From positions 62,001 to 126,000 of the forward strand of contig NIVC01001620.1 in NCBI GenBank assembly GCA_002269645.1: a stretch of 64,000 bases of DNA. Direction: 5' to 3'. Positions 12,068 to 34,373 of the stretch are shown piece after piece. The position numbers were made by a program, and so were the translations under genes. Below the pieces are notes generated by a model, which was not told the origin of the DNA, did no database searches, and saw only the letters and a list, made by a program, of their open reading frames with translations. The DNA comes from Macrostomum lignano. Its lineage: Eukaryota. Numbering within the stretch: position 1 is the first letter of the stretch; each line of letters opens with the position of its first letter.

Positions 12068-12165
12068 ATTGGTTGGCCAAAGTTTTGCCCCATTCAACCC
12101 CCCCCCCAGAGTCATCGCCAACACCTCTGTGCTCACCTTGGCGGCAGACTGATTCTCCGTATAAA
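12068..12165 (+). promoter_or_regulatory. Candidate Pax6 core promoter
   Basis: Inverted CCAAT (ATTGG 12068-12072) and TATAAA (12160-12165) about 100 nt upstream of ATG 12261; in-frame TAA at 12231 precedes the ATG. Confidence 0.4.
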
Positions 12166-12260
12166 TCTAACGCATTAAGTTACCAGGGCAGACCCAATCT
12201 GCTTTGATAAAGGCAAACTCATCATCGCTTTAATTTAATACAAGAAAAGCTGACACAGCG

Positions 12261-21499
<9,239 letters not shown>

Positions 21500-22194
21500 T
21501 GCTTGCTGGGCAACAGTAAACAGATCGAACCTAAGCGGAATTTGCGTTGCAATTTCAAGCACAAGGCACTAGAAATTTTGTTAACTATTGTTAAAATTTA
21601 TTATCTGTTTTTATTATAAGTAAAATTAACGCTACAATATTTTACAGTACAATGCGTAATCAGCATGCGCTACCCAACAGTAATTATCTTTTTTATTGCA
21701 CCCCGTCATAGGCTATTTGGAATCAACAAAAATTTTGAAATGCTTTACAAATTCACCCTACCGAGACATTCCAACACACAACTCATTATTTATCTTTTAT
21801 TTATCAATTATTGCATGTAGTTTTTGTTTTGTTAATCTCCTTTCGTCATTAAAATTTAAAACAAAATGAAAATTTGCACCCGACTACTGGCAGTACGCTC
21901 GTATATTGTTTTTACGCTGTTTTCACATCGAAAATATTTGAGTATCTTAAACATGTTTTTTCTCGCAATGCTTCACGAAACCGCATCAAAGCAATCAACT
22001 CATCGGGAAATTTTTGTTCTTAATTATTTGAAGGCTGAAGCGAAATTAAGCAGGCACGCAATATTTTCTCTTTGCTTAATTCAACTGTTTTAGGAACAAA
22101 AACAGCTTCAGTTATTTGTGACACAATGAAATTCTTTTTGACTTTGAAGATCTTGAAAACTTGACGAAACCAAACGTTTGATAATTCTCGTACC

Positions 22195-22475
22195 CCGAAG
22201 ACCGGTAAAAACCCATATTTAGGGGACATTGAAGACCGGTAAAAACCCAACTTCAAGTGATTTTGAAGACCGGTAAAAACCCAACTTCAAGTGATTTTGA
22301 AGACCAGTAAAAACCCAACTTTAAGTGATTTTGAAGACCAGTAAAAACCCAACCTTAAGTGATTTTGAAGACCAGTAAAAACCCAACTTCAAGTGACTTT
22401 GAAGACCAGTAAAAACCCAACTTTAAGGGACTTTGAATACCGGTTAAGACCCTACTTCAAGGGACAATGAAGACT
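22195..22475. repeat. 34-bp minisatellite (GAAGACCGGTAAAAACCCAACTTCAAGTGATTTT)
   Basis: Tandem units; shares a core with 20700-21385. Confidence 0.9.
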
Positions 22476-22544
22476 AAAATAAAACGTAAACTTTCAGAGC
22501 ATGACAAGTTCACATTTCAGTGAACTTCGACCCCCCCCCTGTTG

Positions 22545-25318
22545 TCAGTAGTCAGTCTGGAACTGCACAGGCGTGACTGTGGTGAACGCGGCGTCCCCAG
22601 TGAAGCGCAGTCCGGTCCAATCGGACAGCCGGGCCAGCACTGGGAACCAGATCGCGTCGATCTGAAGAATCATGCGCAGTGTGCGCACAGTGTAGAACAC
22701 GTCGCGAAACTCGTTCACCTCGTTCATAGCGCTCACTAGCAGGGCTATGATGAAGTTGAGCACTAGAACTACGAATACAAGTACGAAGATGATGTGCGCG
22801 ATGCTGGCCTCGGAGTGTCCGATTCGATCGTCTCGGCTTACGAGTTCATGAGGCCGCTCGGCGTTCAAGCTGAGGCTGAAGGCGTAGAACACCTTTTTGG
22901 GTGAGTTGGGGTGGTTATTGGTTAGCTACTGTTTAATTAATGTCTTAATTGCCAGGTCACAATTAGTATGTCGAGTTTTAGTGACCAGGGCATAAAGGAA
23001 AATGCCAGGTTTCCGGGATCGTTATTCCGACACACAACTACACCTCATTTAAGCGTACTCGTACCTGACAGAGCCAGCTTGAGTGAAAGTCAACCAACCA
23101 GGACTGCACAGCGCTGCTGTCTCCACTGTGTACGTTGAGTGAGGCGAAGCTAACAGAAGAGAATATTCTAGAAAAGATGGACAGCACAATTAGGTAGATA
23201 GCGGCGAAGTGCAAAAATCTCGAGAACATGCAGCGAAAGGCGTGCACAACTGGACCAAGATGTGGTATCATCTCCAGGTAGTACACGATTAGTATGTGCA
23301 GGAACAGGTAGCACATGTGAAATATTATCCTTAGCGAAAGAAACACATTAGCCACACGTTCCTGCAATGGATTTTTACTGCTTATAAATTAGTGTGTACA
23401 GCATTACTGAGCACAAGCTCAAGAGAGGGTACGAGCTACAGACCTCGGTCAGCCATGACCTGAAATGGAACAGGAAGGAGAAGAGTGGACTTTTCGGACA
23501 CGGCAGGTAAGACACTCGCACGGAGCACAGGATGAAGCAGAACAGGATCAGGCCAAAGCGGCAGGCGCTGGCCAGCCAATCCTGATCCATCCAGCCGGTC
23601 TCCATGGCAACTAGGAACCGTTTATACGACAGTCGACCATCTCTCGTCAGGCGTCGCTTAGCAACAAGACGCTGTACGGACCGCGCGGAGTGCCAGAGCA
23701 GCAGAAAGATGCTCACGGATATGTAGGCAATGCGAATAGTCGTGAAGATGTCGCCGTTGTTAACTATGGGAGTCAGCATCAGTTTCTCAGAGCCCCGTCT
23801 GGGTCTCCAAGATTTGAAAGCCGAAACTTCCGTTTCATTGTCGTTTGCACTGCTGTTCATTCTGTTGGAGTTTCAGAGATGCAAAGTGAAGGTTGATCAC
23901 AACCATGAGGCTCAAAACCAGTGCCAGCACTTACGGCCAATCCTGATTACTCTGTTGAATCTTCTGCACACCAACGTCTTCCAGCACCTTCAGGTCGAAC
24001 ACCACAACGCTGTAGAAGGACACGCGCATAACCTCCTGGCTGAAGCACATCTGAGCAGATGTGGTCGGCTGCTGCATCTGCATCTCCAGTGGAATCTGCA
24101 TCATAACAACCAGAGAGAGCCAGAACAGAGCCACAATGATGCAGATGGCGATGTTCCTGCGCCAAAGCTGCCCGATCATGTGCTGAATCACCGGGTGCAT
24201 CAGTATCTCACTGCTACGCAGCTCCTTGAAGTCCGCTTTGCTGCGGTAGTGAAGGAGATGAGGTGTCATGACTTCGGCATCGGGGTTTCATATGATCTAA
24301 GGATCTGGTGTTACAGAATCTATGGATCGGGGGATCTACAGGACACAAAGATTTCACAGGACCTAAGGATCGGGGTAGCCACAAGACATGAGGATTCACA
24401 GGACCTAAGGATCAGAGGTGCTACAGGACATAAGGACTTCACAGGATCTAAGGATCGGGGGTGCTACATGACTGAGACGTCACAGCAATACTTAATTGGC
24501 AATAAGCAAAAGCCTCACCGCATTTGTGACAGCAGCAGCACGGGATTCCTGAGCTGTCGGCAGGCCTCGCCAGGGCGCCTAGCGTAACCGTGCAGCTGGT
24601 ACCGCTTGACCTGCAGGTTGCCAGCCAGCTGAGTCTCCTGGTAAACTCCCGGCGTCTCCAGCATGGCAACAGCCAGTCTGAAGCAGCGCAGTTTGATGGC
24701 CAGTTCCACCGGACGGAAGCCGCCGAGATCCTCGGCCAGCAGCAGATCACACAGTCGAGTTCTCGGCAACAGAGAGTTGTGCGTCAGTTGTTTGTATAGC
24801 AAGACGTAGCTGGCTTCCAGATGCGGCCTGTAGTGAGCGCCCCAGCACAGGGCATGGAACACGCTGCTCTCGTTGGTGTCCTTGGCGCACCAGACGGTTG
24901 ACGCGGCGCCGAATCGGTCGGCCATTACTCGCGAGCACTCCGAGGCGGCGCTAAACGCGCACAGGTGCGTCAATCGGTGGAAGGCGATGCGGTCAGAGCC
25001 GGCCGGACTTCGATAAGCTAGCGTCAGCTGTCGATGCCCATCGTCGGCGTCCAGCAGGTTAGCCAGTTGGCTGGCGTCGTCGCGTTGAACAGCCTCGCAC
25101 CAGCGGTTAAGAGCCTCTGGAGTCAGGCCGAAGATTGCCGCCTCCGGGAAGCCGAACTTTTTTGCTGTGGCTCGAGGCGGACGCCGCTTTCGCGTCTTAA
25201 AGGAGGCGACTGCAGAGAAAAGCGGAGCGCAGAGCGCCGTCCACAGGGACCACCGTGGTGTCTCGGGCCGGGTGAGCGAGTAGCTCGCGCGTCTCCGCTT
25301 TGGTTGGCGCAGTCGCAT
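22545..25318 (-). CDS. TRPV-like cation channel, about 720 aa. Exons 24519-25318, 23935-24240, 23444-23861, 23065-23361, 22545-22892
   Basis: Ankyrin-like N-terminal region (SSVFHAL; DLGGFRPVELAIKL; LETPGVY), six hydrophobic segments, S4-S5 linker YYLEMIPHLGPVV, S6 VLVLNFIIALLVSAM; phase-compatible GT-AG junctions; upstream exons possible. Confidence 0.75.
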
Positions 25319-26354
25319 CGCCAGAAAGACGTTTTCTTCTAAAAGAAAGAAAATAAATCGCTGTGGATGAAGAGGATTTCTGAAGAGTTGAGCCTACATT
25401 GACGTCGCAGTTATTCGCCAAGTTATATGGCTTGCTCTATCGAGTAGATAGCAAAGTTTGCACAGCTGTCGCGTGTTTTTCTAGGAGCTCAATAATGCTA
25501 GATTTTTTAATTTATCGCCTCCGTTGGCAGTTTGAAGTTCAGTTGCCTGACTTCGGGTCAACCAAGTCAGCAAAGTTTGCCGCCTGTGCGGGAAGGCGGC
25601 TTATCTGAGGACCAAACACCGTTGCTTCGTTCGACAAGTTTGATTTACAATCGAGGATTAGAATTGAAATTTATTAAACCTATTTTTTTAAGCTAGTAGG
25701 TTGGTGGCTTGTTTGATAAGTTGGTCGGAAGTTTGATAGGGAGATAGGTAGGTTAGGTAGGTAGGTAGAAGTTTTGTAGATCGGTATATTGATATAGTTT
25801 TGCAGGTATCTAGTAGGTGGGAAGAAAGGTAGATTGAACGGTAGGCAGGTGGGCCGGAAAATTGGTAGGCATTCTAGTCGGTTGTAGTGACGTACGCGGG
25901 CCTTCTAACAACAACCTCGAATGGCTAGAGGTATTAGAGGGGCTATATTTAGCATAAGTAGATATTGCAAAATTGAGTTCGAATTCAGCAGTGCTTTTGT
26001 TTTTGTTATTGTTATTGTCATCTGACACGTTTGATTACTGGTCATTTTGAAGATCAGTGATTCGAGAATCTGCTCCATAGCAGATTAACAGGGACTGAAA
26101 CTGACAATTACTGACAGCTCTTGGCCAGCAAAGATTTCACTGCCCGCGCCCAAGCAGGCGTACATTCACTTTCTACTTGGGTCGGATAAAAACCTGAAGC
26201 AGAGATAGCCTATCTGAGAGTTAATTCGAGAACTGGCTGAGGCCGCGCACTGTTTGGTTTTCCAACTTGCGACTCTGTGATTGTACTCCGCTGTGAGAGC
26301 ACACTCGAACAGCCCCAGTTCTGGAACTGCAATCTCTGCGCTGCCCAGCCATAG

Positions 26355-26432
26355 CCAATGATTCACCAGCAATCCAGTTCGCTGTTTTAGCAAAGCGCCA
26401 TTCACTCTGCGCTCCCCCACCTCCGCCTATAA
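26355..26432 (+). promoter_or_regulatory. Candidate promoter of the 26552 ORF
   Basis: CCAAT 26355-26359, TATAA 26428-26432. Confidence 0.3.
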
Positions 26433-26551
26433 CGCCAGTATATTAGAGAGCTACACAAAGGTCCAAAGAAAATCAAGTAAAGTCAAACACATCAAAGTTA
26501 CCGGCGAGAACCTGTGTTAATTATTAAAGACCAATATCTCAATCCGTCGAC

Positions 26552-27199
26552 ATGAGCAGCAACCTTGATACGGGAAAGGCGAGTCGCGTCCTGGACCTGC
26601 TGGAGACGGCCACCAGGCGAGGCGATCTAGACAAAGATGAAGCGGTCAGCATCCTCTCCAGCTGGCTGGCAGATCAGAAGCGGCACTCGAGCGGCAGCGG
26701 CTGCCTGCACAGCAGCTGGCCCGCTTGCACCGCCTCGCCAGCGACCAGCCCGGCGGAGCCTCCGCCGCTGCCTCCTCGAAGCTGGTTTTCAGACGCCCAG
26801 TGCCAGCAGGAGCAACAGCAGGAGGAACAACAACAGCAGCAGCAGAAGCAGCCAGTGCTGCAGACCTCAAAGCAGCGTTGCAAGCAGAAACGATCGCCGG
26901 GTTGGTTTCAACTCTTAGCCAGCTGCGTCGTGCCCAAAGAGGCGGCAACTCAGCAACAGTTGGCGGAACCGCAGCATGCATCGAAGCCGGAAACCGAAGC
27001 CGATCACGAGTACGCGCTGTACGGAGCAGTGCAGAGCGAAGCCACAGTCAGCAGCGGCACAATGGACGTGGAAGACGATTACGAAGCGTCCTATTACACC
27101 GAGGAGCCGCAAGGAGCCACTGCAGGCCGCAAGCAGAGGCTCCTAGTAGAAGAAGCGACTGAATCCAACACTGTGGACAGCGGCGTATCGAACTGTTGA
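26552..27199 (+). CDS. Single-exon orphan protein, 215 aa, low complexity with PPPLPPR and acidic Tyr motifs
   Basis: GC-rich ORF, poly-Q, AATAAA directly after the stop (27200-27205). Confidence 0.65.
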   Translation: MSSNLDTGKASRVLDLLETATRRGDLDKDEAVSILSSWLADQKRHSSGSGCLHSSWPACTASPATSPAEPPPLPPRSWFSDAQCQQEQQQEEQQQQQQKQPVLQTSKQRCKQKRSPGWFQLLASCVVPKEAATQQQLAEPQHASKPETEADHEYALYGAVQSEATVSSGTMDVEDDYEASYYTEEPQGATAGRKQRLLVEEATESNTVDSGVSNC

Positions 27200-28732
27200 A
27201 ATAAAGAACTGCTCAAGAGAACTTTAGCAAGACTGTGTACGCTCTCATTTTTTCCTGATGCCCGAGAGAGTACATGCACTCCTCGTACTTCACAAGCGGT
27301 ACTCGTTTTAATGCGCAGATCGCAGACTTATTAAATTTTCTCTCATCATGTCGATATCCGCGATTTCTATTTGCAAGAGTTCACCTCCACAACAAATTAG
27401 AAAACATTTGCCAATCCGAAATCATGTTTTCGTGCATTTCTGGCTTACAAGTCCATGAGTTTTTAGCCGCGTTTGCTAGAAATCTGTCGCTTTGTTGTTT
27501 TTTGTTGCATGCACTTTTTCATCAGCTCATTGATGCGCCCGGTCATCTGTCTATACATTTATTATCCTATACCTATTATTAACATTTATTGCGTACTCAT
27601 TTGGTGATGGATCTTATTGCTTGAACCTCCAATTGTTATTTTTATTAATTACTCTTACCTGTACCTCTAAAGCGTTTATGCACTCTTAATGCCCCGGAAT
27701 TTATTGAAAGAATACAAGCAGTGCGTATAGTACCTGAATCGTTCGATGGATTAAATTTAATTTAAATTAGTGCCAAGTACTCCTAAGGATAAAAAAACAA
27801 AACGACAGTAAAACAAATGTTTTATCTACACATGTACGAGCGTGTGGTTTTTTCTAGCACTAAAGCTGTCTAGAAATTACGGTTTTGGCACGAATTTAAA
27901 TTCTATTTAGCTATTTAGTGAACGATTCTCATCTTCAATCACATTATTAATGATTAAAACGAAAACAATAGGCAGTATAACAAATATTGCTTAAAAGTAT
28001 CTTTCGTATTATTCTTTAGCAGGCTACGATCGCTAGCTAAAAGCAAAAAAATTGACAGTAAAAACTGAGCAGCCAGCCTTCTGCTATCTGCTCAGGGTTT
28101 CAATTGAGCCATAGACTCAACTGATTATTAGCTGTACGCTCTCTCAATAGAAAACATTTTACTGCTTGCTCTTTTTCGACTCGAGGAGGGGGGGGGGTAA
28201 CAGCGAGAGGGCAAATGCTGCAGATCACTACAGCATGCTTGAGAGTCAGCTCATATCTTTGTGGCTCACCCAAAGTGCCAGCTCGCTTAGTTTTCCAACA
28301 GCTTCATTGATAAGACGCCCGCCTCTGCCACTGGTAAAACCGGTCTCGGTGAACTTTGCCGCATTACTCTCGTATTATAGTCACAGCTAGTCATTCAGTC
28401 ACAGCGAAGTAACAGACAGTTGGGGCAGAACAAGGTCGATTGTGGTCGGCTAATGCACAATCTAAGGCTTCTTCTTGCTTAGTTTAACTTATGGGTTATA
28501 AGAATGGCAATTGGAGTCATAAAGTTCGATTCCCTTAGCCCTGCTAGTTGCTAGGACTACTCAAACTCGGAATGGCCTCTACATGTAACAGTTGATGTAC
28601 AAGTAATAAGCTCTATCGTTCTACGAGTATTTGCAATTTTTAGGAGCTATAATGAAAGTAAAAAGTATTTTTATCATGCTTTAGTCAAAAAATGTAACCT
28701 GGCTATACCAGTCGTAACTGTCACTTGCTAGT

Positions 28733-29272
28733 ACTACACGGTCACCAGTGCTATACTGTCACCAGTGCTACACGGTCACCAGTGCTACACGGTCACCAGT
28801 GCTACACGGTCACCAGTGCTACACGGTCACCAGTGCTACACGGTCACCAGTGCTATACTGTCACCAGTGCTACACGATCACCAGTGCTATACTTTCACCA
28901 GTGCTACACGATCACCAGTGCTACACGGTAACCAGTGCTACACGGTCACCAGTGCTACACGGTCACCAGTGCTACACGGTCACCAGTGCTACACGGTCAC
29001 CAGTGCTACACGGTCACCAGTGCTACACGGTCACCAGTGCTACACGATCACCAGTGCTATACTTTCACCAGTGCTACACGATCACCAGTGCTACACTGTC
29101 ACCAGTGCTACACGATCACCAGTGCTATACTTTCACCAGTGCTACACGATCACCAGTGCTACACGGTAACCAGTGCTACACGGTCACCAGTGCTACACGG
29201 TCACCAGTGCTACACGGTCACCAGTGCTACACGGTCACCAGTGCTACACGGTCACCAGTGCTACACGGTCAC
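28733..29272. repeat. 17-bp minisatellite (CACGGTCACCAGTGCTA); duplicate at about 33608-34147
   Basis: Tandem units visible. Confidence 0.95.
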
Positions 29273-29498
29273 GAATGCCACACTGTGACCAGATAGACTC
29301 TGCAGAGTCAATAATCAATGTAATTCCATGCAACATATCCAATTCCAGAGTGTCAGCACGAGGCAACAGCTCTGATGGGAAATTGTTTATTTAGTAGTTA
29401 ACAATTTTGGTAAACCTACACCACAGAAGCCTTAAACAGTACTTAGATGTGTTTTATCGCTAATAACTGTCAATTTTTCTCTTCAACGCCCAGATACT

Positions 29499-30573
29499 CT
29501 ATCTGGTCTTCCTCGACTGGATGACCTTGGGATGCGACAGCGCCTTGTGGGACTGGATCAGCATGAGCAGAGGAAACACAACCCACAGGAAGTTAAAGAA
29601 GAACAGGTGGAACCAAACTTTGAAGGGGTCGTCAGTCAGGTTCTTGTTGCCGGACAGCCACTCGGGTGCGAAAGTCATCCAGTCTGAAAACGAAGTCGAG
29701 AGGTTCTAGTTGACATGAATAGCAACACACCTCAGTCAAATTTAGTATACGTGGACTAGCAAATTAGACCCCGGGGGACCTAACCTTTCGTCGTGATCTC
29801 TTGAAAAACCACTAATATTAAATTTGAGAAGTTCCAAATCCTTATAGTTCAGAATTTACCGCTGTCAGCAGAAAAATATCATTTCAAGAGTTTTAAAGTT
29901 TTCAGCATTTTTAGAGTCATATATACAGTATTCGTATTTTGAAGTGCTAAAAAGGCTGAATTATAGTGGCAATTTTTTAAAGAAAGATCAGAAAAGCGAA
30001 AGAAAAGATCAGAAAGCGATATATACTAGCTACTTATTAAGTAGTGCCGCCAACTTTGCTAAGATATTTCGGTTCTGTACAAAATCTTGTTACAAGTATT
30101 TATGACGAGTTAATCCATTTTTTAACTTACTCCCGTAGAGCTCGCAGGTGCAGAGTACGACTTGCATAAAGTGCCTATTAGGACTGTGAGTCTTAATGGC
30201 CCAGATGATTGCGAAACACAGACTGCCGTCTAGTAGCACGGTGACAATCTCCATGGCAACGATGTTTTGCTCAGCCCACAGCCAGCGGACATCGGCGGCA
30301 CCGTACTCCTTCCCTGGGGACGGCGAGGATGCGCTCAGGGGGATCAGTTCAGAATTCAGCGATATAGGTTCAGGGAGAGTGATGGGTTCAGTTATGAGAA
30401 GTTAAGTCTGAATGTAATGCATAAAATTAAAAGGCGTTAAGAAGGCGTATTTTAATGAAGAATAAATTGACTTAGATCAATCATCCGCTTCATCATTGCT
30501 TACAAACGTGAGCCAGAGGTCCAGTAGCATTCTCCACCGTTGTAGTCAAAGAATAGTACACAAACCGACCCTC
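29499..30573 (-). other. ebpl: Duplicate of EBPL exons 2-4 (30504-30573, 30131-30313, 29499-29683) lacking exon 1; probably an assembly duplicate
   Basis: Matches the exons at 34374-35450; lies inside the gap-spanning duplication. Confidence 0.75.
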
Positions 30574-30671
30574 CTGCATAAATTAGATTGTTGAATACTA
30601 AATTAAGCGTTTAACTTTCCATATTTAAAAAACTGCTTTTAACAGTGTGTAACAATTTCCTAAACAATATT

Positions 30672-32090
30672 TTCACTAGGCCGAAATTTCACTTTGCCGA
30701 AAGCATCTTCCTTCATAAGGCCGAAACTTCATTAGGCTGAAACTTCACTTTGCCGAAAAATCATTTAGCATAGTCTTTCTCTAGGCCGAAACTTCACTAG
30801 GCCGAAACTTCACTAGGCCGAAACTTCACTTTGCCGAAATGACTAGCATGCTCTTTCAAAAGGCCGAAACTTCACTAGGCCGAAACTTCGCTTTGCCGAA
30901 AAATCATTTTAGCAGCCTCTTTCACTAGGCCGAAACTTCACTAGGCCGAAACTTCACTAGGCCGAAACTTCACTAGGCCGAAACTTCACTAGGCCGAAAC
31001 TTCACTAGGCCGAAAATTCACTAGGCCGAAACTTCACTAGGCCGAAATGACTAGCACGCTCTTTCATAAGGCCGAAACTTCACTAGGCCGAAATGACTAG
31101 CACGCTCTTTCATAAGGACGAAACTTCACTAGGCCGAAACTTCACTTTGCCGAAATGACTAGCACGCTCTTTCATAAGGCCGAAACTTCACTAGGCCGAA
31201 ATGACTAGCACGCTCTTTCATAAGGACGAAACTTCACTAGGCCGAAATGACTAGCACGCTCTTTCATAAGGACGAAACTTCACTAGGCCGAAATGACTAT
31301 AGCACGCTCTTTCATAAGGACGAAACTTCACTAGGCCGAAATGACTAGCACGCTCTTTCATAAGGACGAAACTTCACTAGGCCGAAATGACTATAGCACG
31401 CTCTTTCATAAGGACGAAACTTCACTAGGCCGAAATGACTAGCACGCTCTTTCATAAGGACGAAACTTCACTAGGCCGAAATGACTAGCACGCTCTTTCA
31501 TAAGGACGAAACTTCACTAGGCCGAAATGACTATAGCACGCTCTTTCATAAGGACGAAACTTCACTAGGCCGAAATGACTAGCACGCTCTTTCATAAGGA
31601 CGAAACTTCACTAGGCCGAAATGACTATAGCACGCTCTTTCATAAGGACGAAACTTCACTTTGCCGAAATGACTAGCACGCTCTTTCATAAGGCCGAAAC
31701 TTCACTAGGCCGAAATGACTAGCACGCTCTTTCATAAGGACGAAACTTCACTAGGCCGAAATGACTAGCACGCTCTTTCATAAGGACGAAACTTCACTAG
31801 GCCGAAATGACTAGCACGCTCTTTCATAAGGACGAAACTTCACTAGGCCGAAATGACTAGCACGCTCTTTCATAAGGCGAAACTTCACTAGGCCGAAATG
31901 ACTAGCACGCTCTTTCATAAGGACGAACTTCACTAGGCCGAAATGACTAGCACGCTCTTTCATAAGGACGAAACTTCACTAGGCCGAAATGACTAGCACG
32001 CTCTTTTCATAAGGACGAAATTCACTAGGCCGAAATGACTACACGCTCTTTCATAAGGACGAAACTTCACTAGGCCGAAATGACTAGCAC
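30672..32090. repeat. 16-bp/46-bp composite array, copy 1 (left arm of the foldback element, cut by the gap)
   Basis: CACTAGGCCGAAACTT monomers grading into 46-bp units. Confidence 0.93.
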
Positions 32091-32120
32091 NNNNNNNNNN
32101 NNNNNNNNNNNNNNNNNNNC
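32091..32120. other. Assembly gap (30 N)
   Basis: Run of N. Confidence 1.
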
Positions 32121-34373
32121 GCTCTCATTTTTTCCTGATGCCCGAGAGAGTACATGCACTCCTCGTACTTCACAAGCGGTACTCGTTTTAATGCGCAGAT
32201 CGCAGACTTATTAAATTTTCTCTCATCATGTCGATATCCGCGATTTCTATTTGCCAAGAGTTCACCTCCACAAACAAATTAGAAAACATTTGCCAATCCG
32301 AAATCATGTTTTCGTGCATTTTGGCTTACAAGTCCATGAGTTTTTAGCGCGTTTGCTAGAAATCTGTCGCTTTGTTGTTTTTTGTTGCATGCACTTTTTC
32401 ATCAGCTCATTGATGCGCCCGGTCATCTGTCTATACATTTATTATCCTATACCTATTATTAACATTTATTGCGTACTCATTTGTGATGGATCTTATTGCT
32501 TGAACCTCCAATTGTTATTTTATTAATTACTCTTACCTGTACCTCTAAAGCGTTTATGCACTCTTAATGCCCCGGAATTTATTGAAAGAATACAAGCAGT
32601 GCGTATAGTACCTGAATCGTTCGATGGATTAAATTTAATTTAAATTAGTGCCAAGTACTCCTAAGGATAAAAAAACAAAACGACAGTAAAACAAATGTTT
32701 TATCTACACATGTACGAGCGTGTGGTTTTTTCTAGCACTAAAGCTGTCTAGAAATTACGGTTTTGGCACGAATTTAAATTCTATTTAGCTATTTAGTGAA
32801 CGATTCTCATCTTCAATCACATTATTAATGATTAAAACGAAAACAATAGGCAGTATAAAAATATTGCTTAAAAGTATCTTTCGTATTATTCTTTAGCAGG
32901 CTACGATCGCTAGCTAAAAGCAAAAAAATGACAGTAAAAACTGAGCAGCCAGCCTTCTGCTATCTGCTCAGGGTTTCAATTGAGCCATAGACTCAACTGA
33001 TTATTAGCTGTACGCTCTCTCAATAGAAAACATTTTACTGCTTGCTCTTTTTCGACTCGAGGAGGGGGGGGGGGGTAACAGCGAGAGGGCAAATGCTGCA
33101 GATCACTACAGCATGCTTGAGAGTCAGCTCATATCTTTGTGGCTCACCCAAAGTGCCAGCTCGCTTAGTTTCCAACAGCTTCATTGATAAGACGCCCGCC
33201 TCTGCCACTGGTAAAACCGGTCTCGGTGAACTTTGCCGCATTACTCTCGTATTATAGTCACAGCTAGTCATTCAGTCACAGCGAAGTAACAGACAGTTGG
33301 GGCAGAACAAGGTCGATTGTGGTCGCTAATGCACAATCTAAGGCTTCTTCTTGCTTAGTTTAACTTATGGGTTATAAGAATGGCAATTGGAGTCATAAAG
33401 TTCGATTCCCTTAGCCCTGCTAGTTGCTAGGACTACTCAAACTCGAATGGCCTCTACATGTAACAGTTGATGTACAAGTAATAAGCTCTATCGTTCTACG
33501 AGTATTTGCAATTTTTAGGAGCTATAATGAAAGTAAAAAGTATTTTTATCATGCTTTAGTCAAAAAATGTAACCTGGCTATACCAGTCGTAACTGTCACT
33601 TGCTAGTACTACACGGTCACCAGTGCTATACTGTCACCAGTGCTACACGGTCACCAGTGCTACACGGTCACCAGTGCTACACGGTCACCAGTGCTACACG
33701 GTCACCAGTGCTACACGGTCACCAGTGCTATACTGTCACCAGTGCTACACGATCACCAGTGCTATACTTTCACCAGTGCTACACGATCACCAGTGCTACA
33801 CGGTAACCAGTGCTACACGGTCACCAGTGCTACACGGTCACCAGTGCTACACGGTCACCAGTGCTACACGGTCACCAGTGCTACACGGTCACCAGTGCTA
33901 CACGGTCACCAGTGCTACACGATCACCAGTGCTATACTTTCACCAGTGCTACACGATCACCAGTGCTACACTGTCACCAGTGCTACACGATCACCAGTGC
34001 TATACTTTCACCAGTGCTACACGATCACCAGTGCTACACGGTAACCAGTGCTACACGGTCACCAGTGCTACACGGTCACCAGTGCTACACGGTCACCAGT
34101 GCTACACGGTCACCAGTGCTACACGGTCACCAGTGCTACACGGTCACGAATGCCACACTGTGACCAGATAGACTCTGCAGAGTCAATAATCAATTTAATT
34201 CCATGCAACATATCCAATTCCAGAGTGTCAGCACGAGGCAACAGCTCTGATGGGAAATTGTTTATTTAGTAGTTAACAATTTTGGTAAACCTACACCACA
34301 GAAGCCTTAAACAGTACTTAGATGTGTTTTATCGCTAATAACTGTCAATTTTTCTCTTCAACGCCCAGATACT

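Larger units (their letters stand above)
27241..32090. repeat. 4.85-kb near-identical direct duplication, copy 1 (copy 2 at 32121 to about 36970)
   Basis: Both copies start GCTCTCATTTTTTCCTGATG; offset about 4875-4880; separated by 30 N. Confidence 0.95.

Noticed and set aside
28056-28164. Possible MITE with CAGTAAAA/TTTTACTG ends
   Set aside because: Only 8 bp of AT-rich inverted match and no target-site duplication
28285-28375. Exon-like segment ending TGG|GTGAGC, first considered as EBPL exon 2
   Set aside because: The true exon 2 was found at 35381-35450; this segment lies downstream of the stop and the two duplicate copies disagree in frame
28725-29394. His/Cys-rich repeat protein (HGHQCYTVTSATRSPVL)n
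   Set aside because: 17-aa period equals three 17-bp units and appears in all three frames
29735-29800. A second Helitron 3' end (palindrome followed by CTAG)
   Set aside because: Homology with 40355-40425 continues past the CTAG, so it is not a terminus
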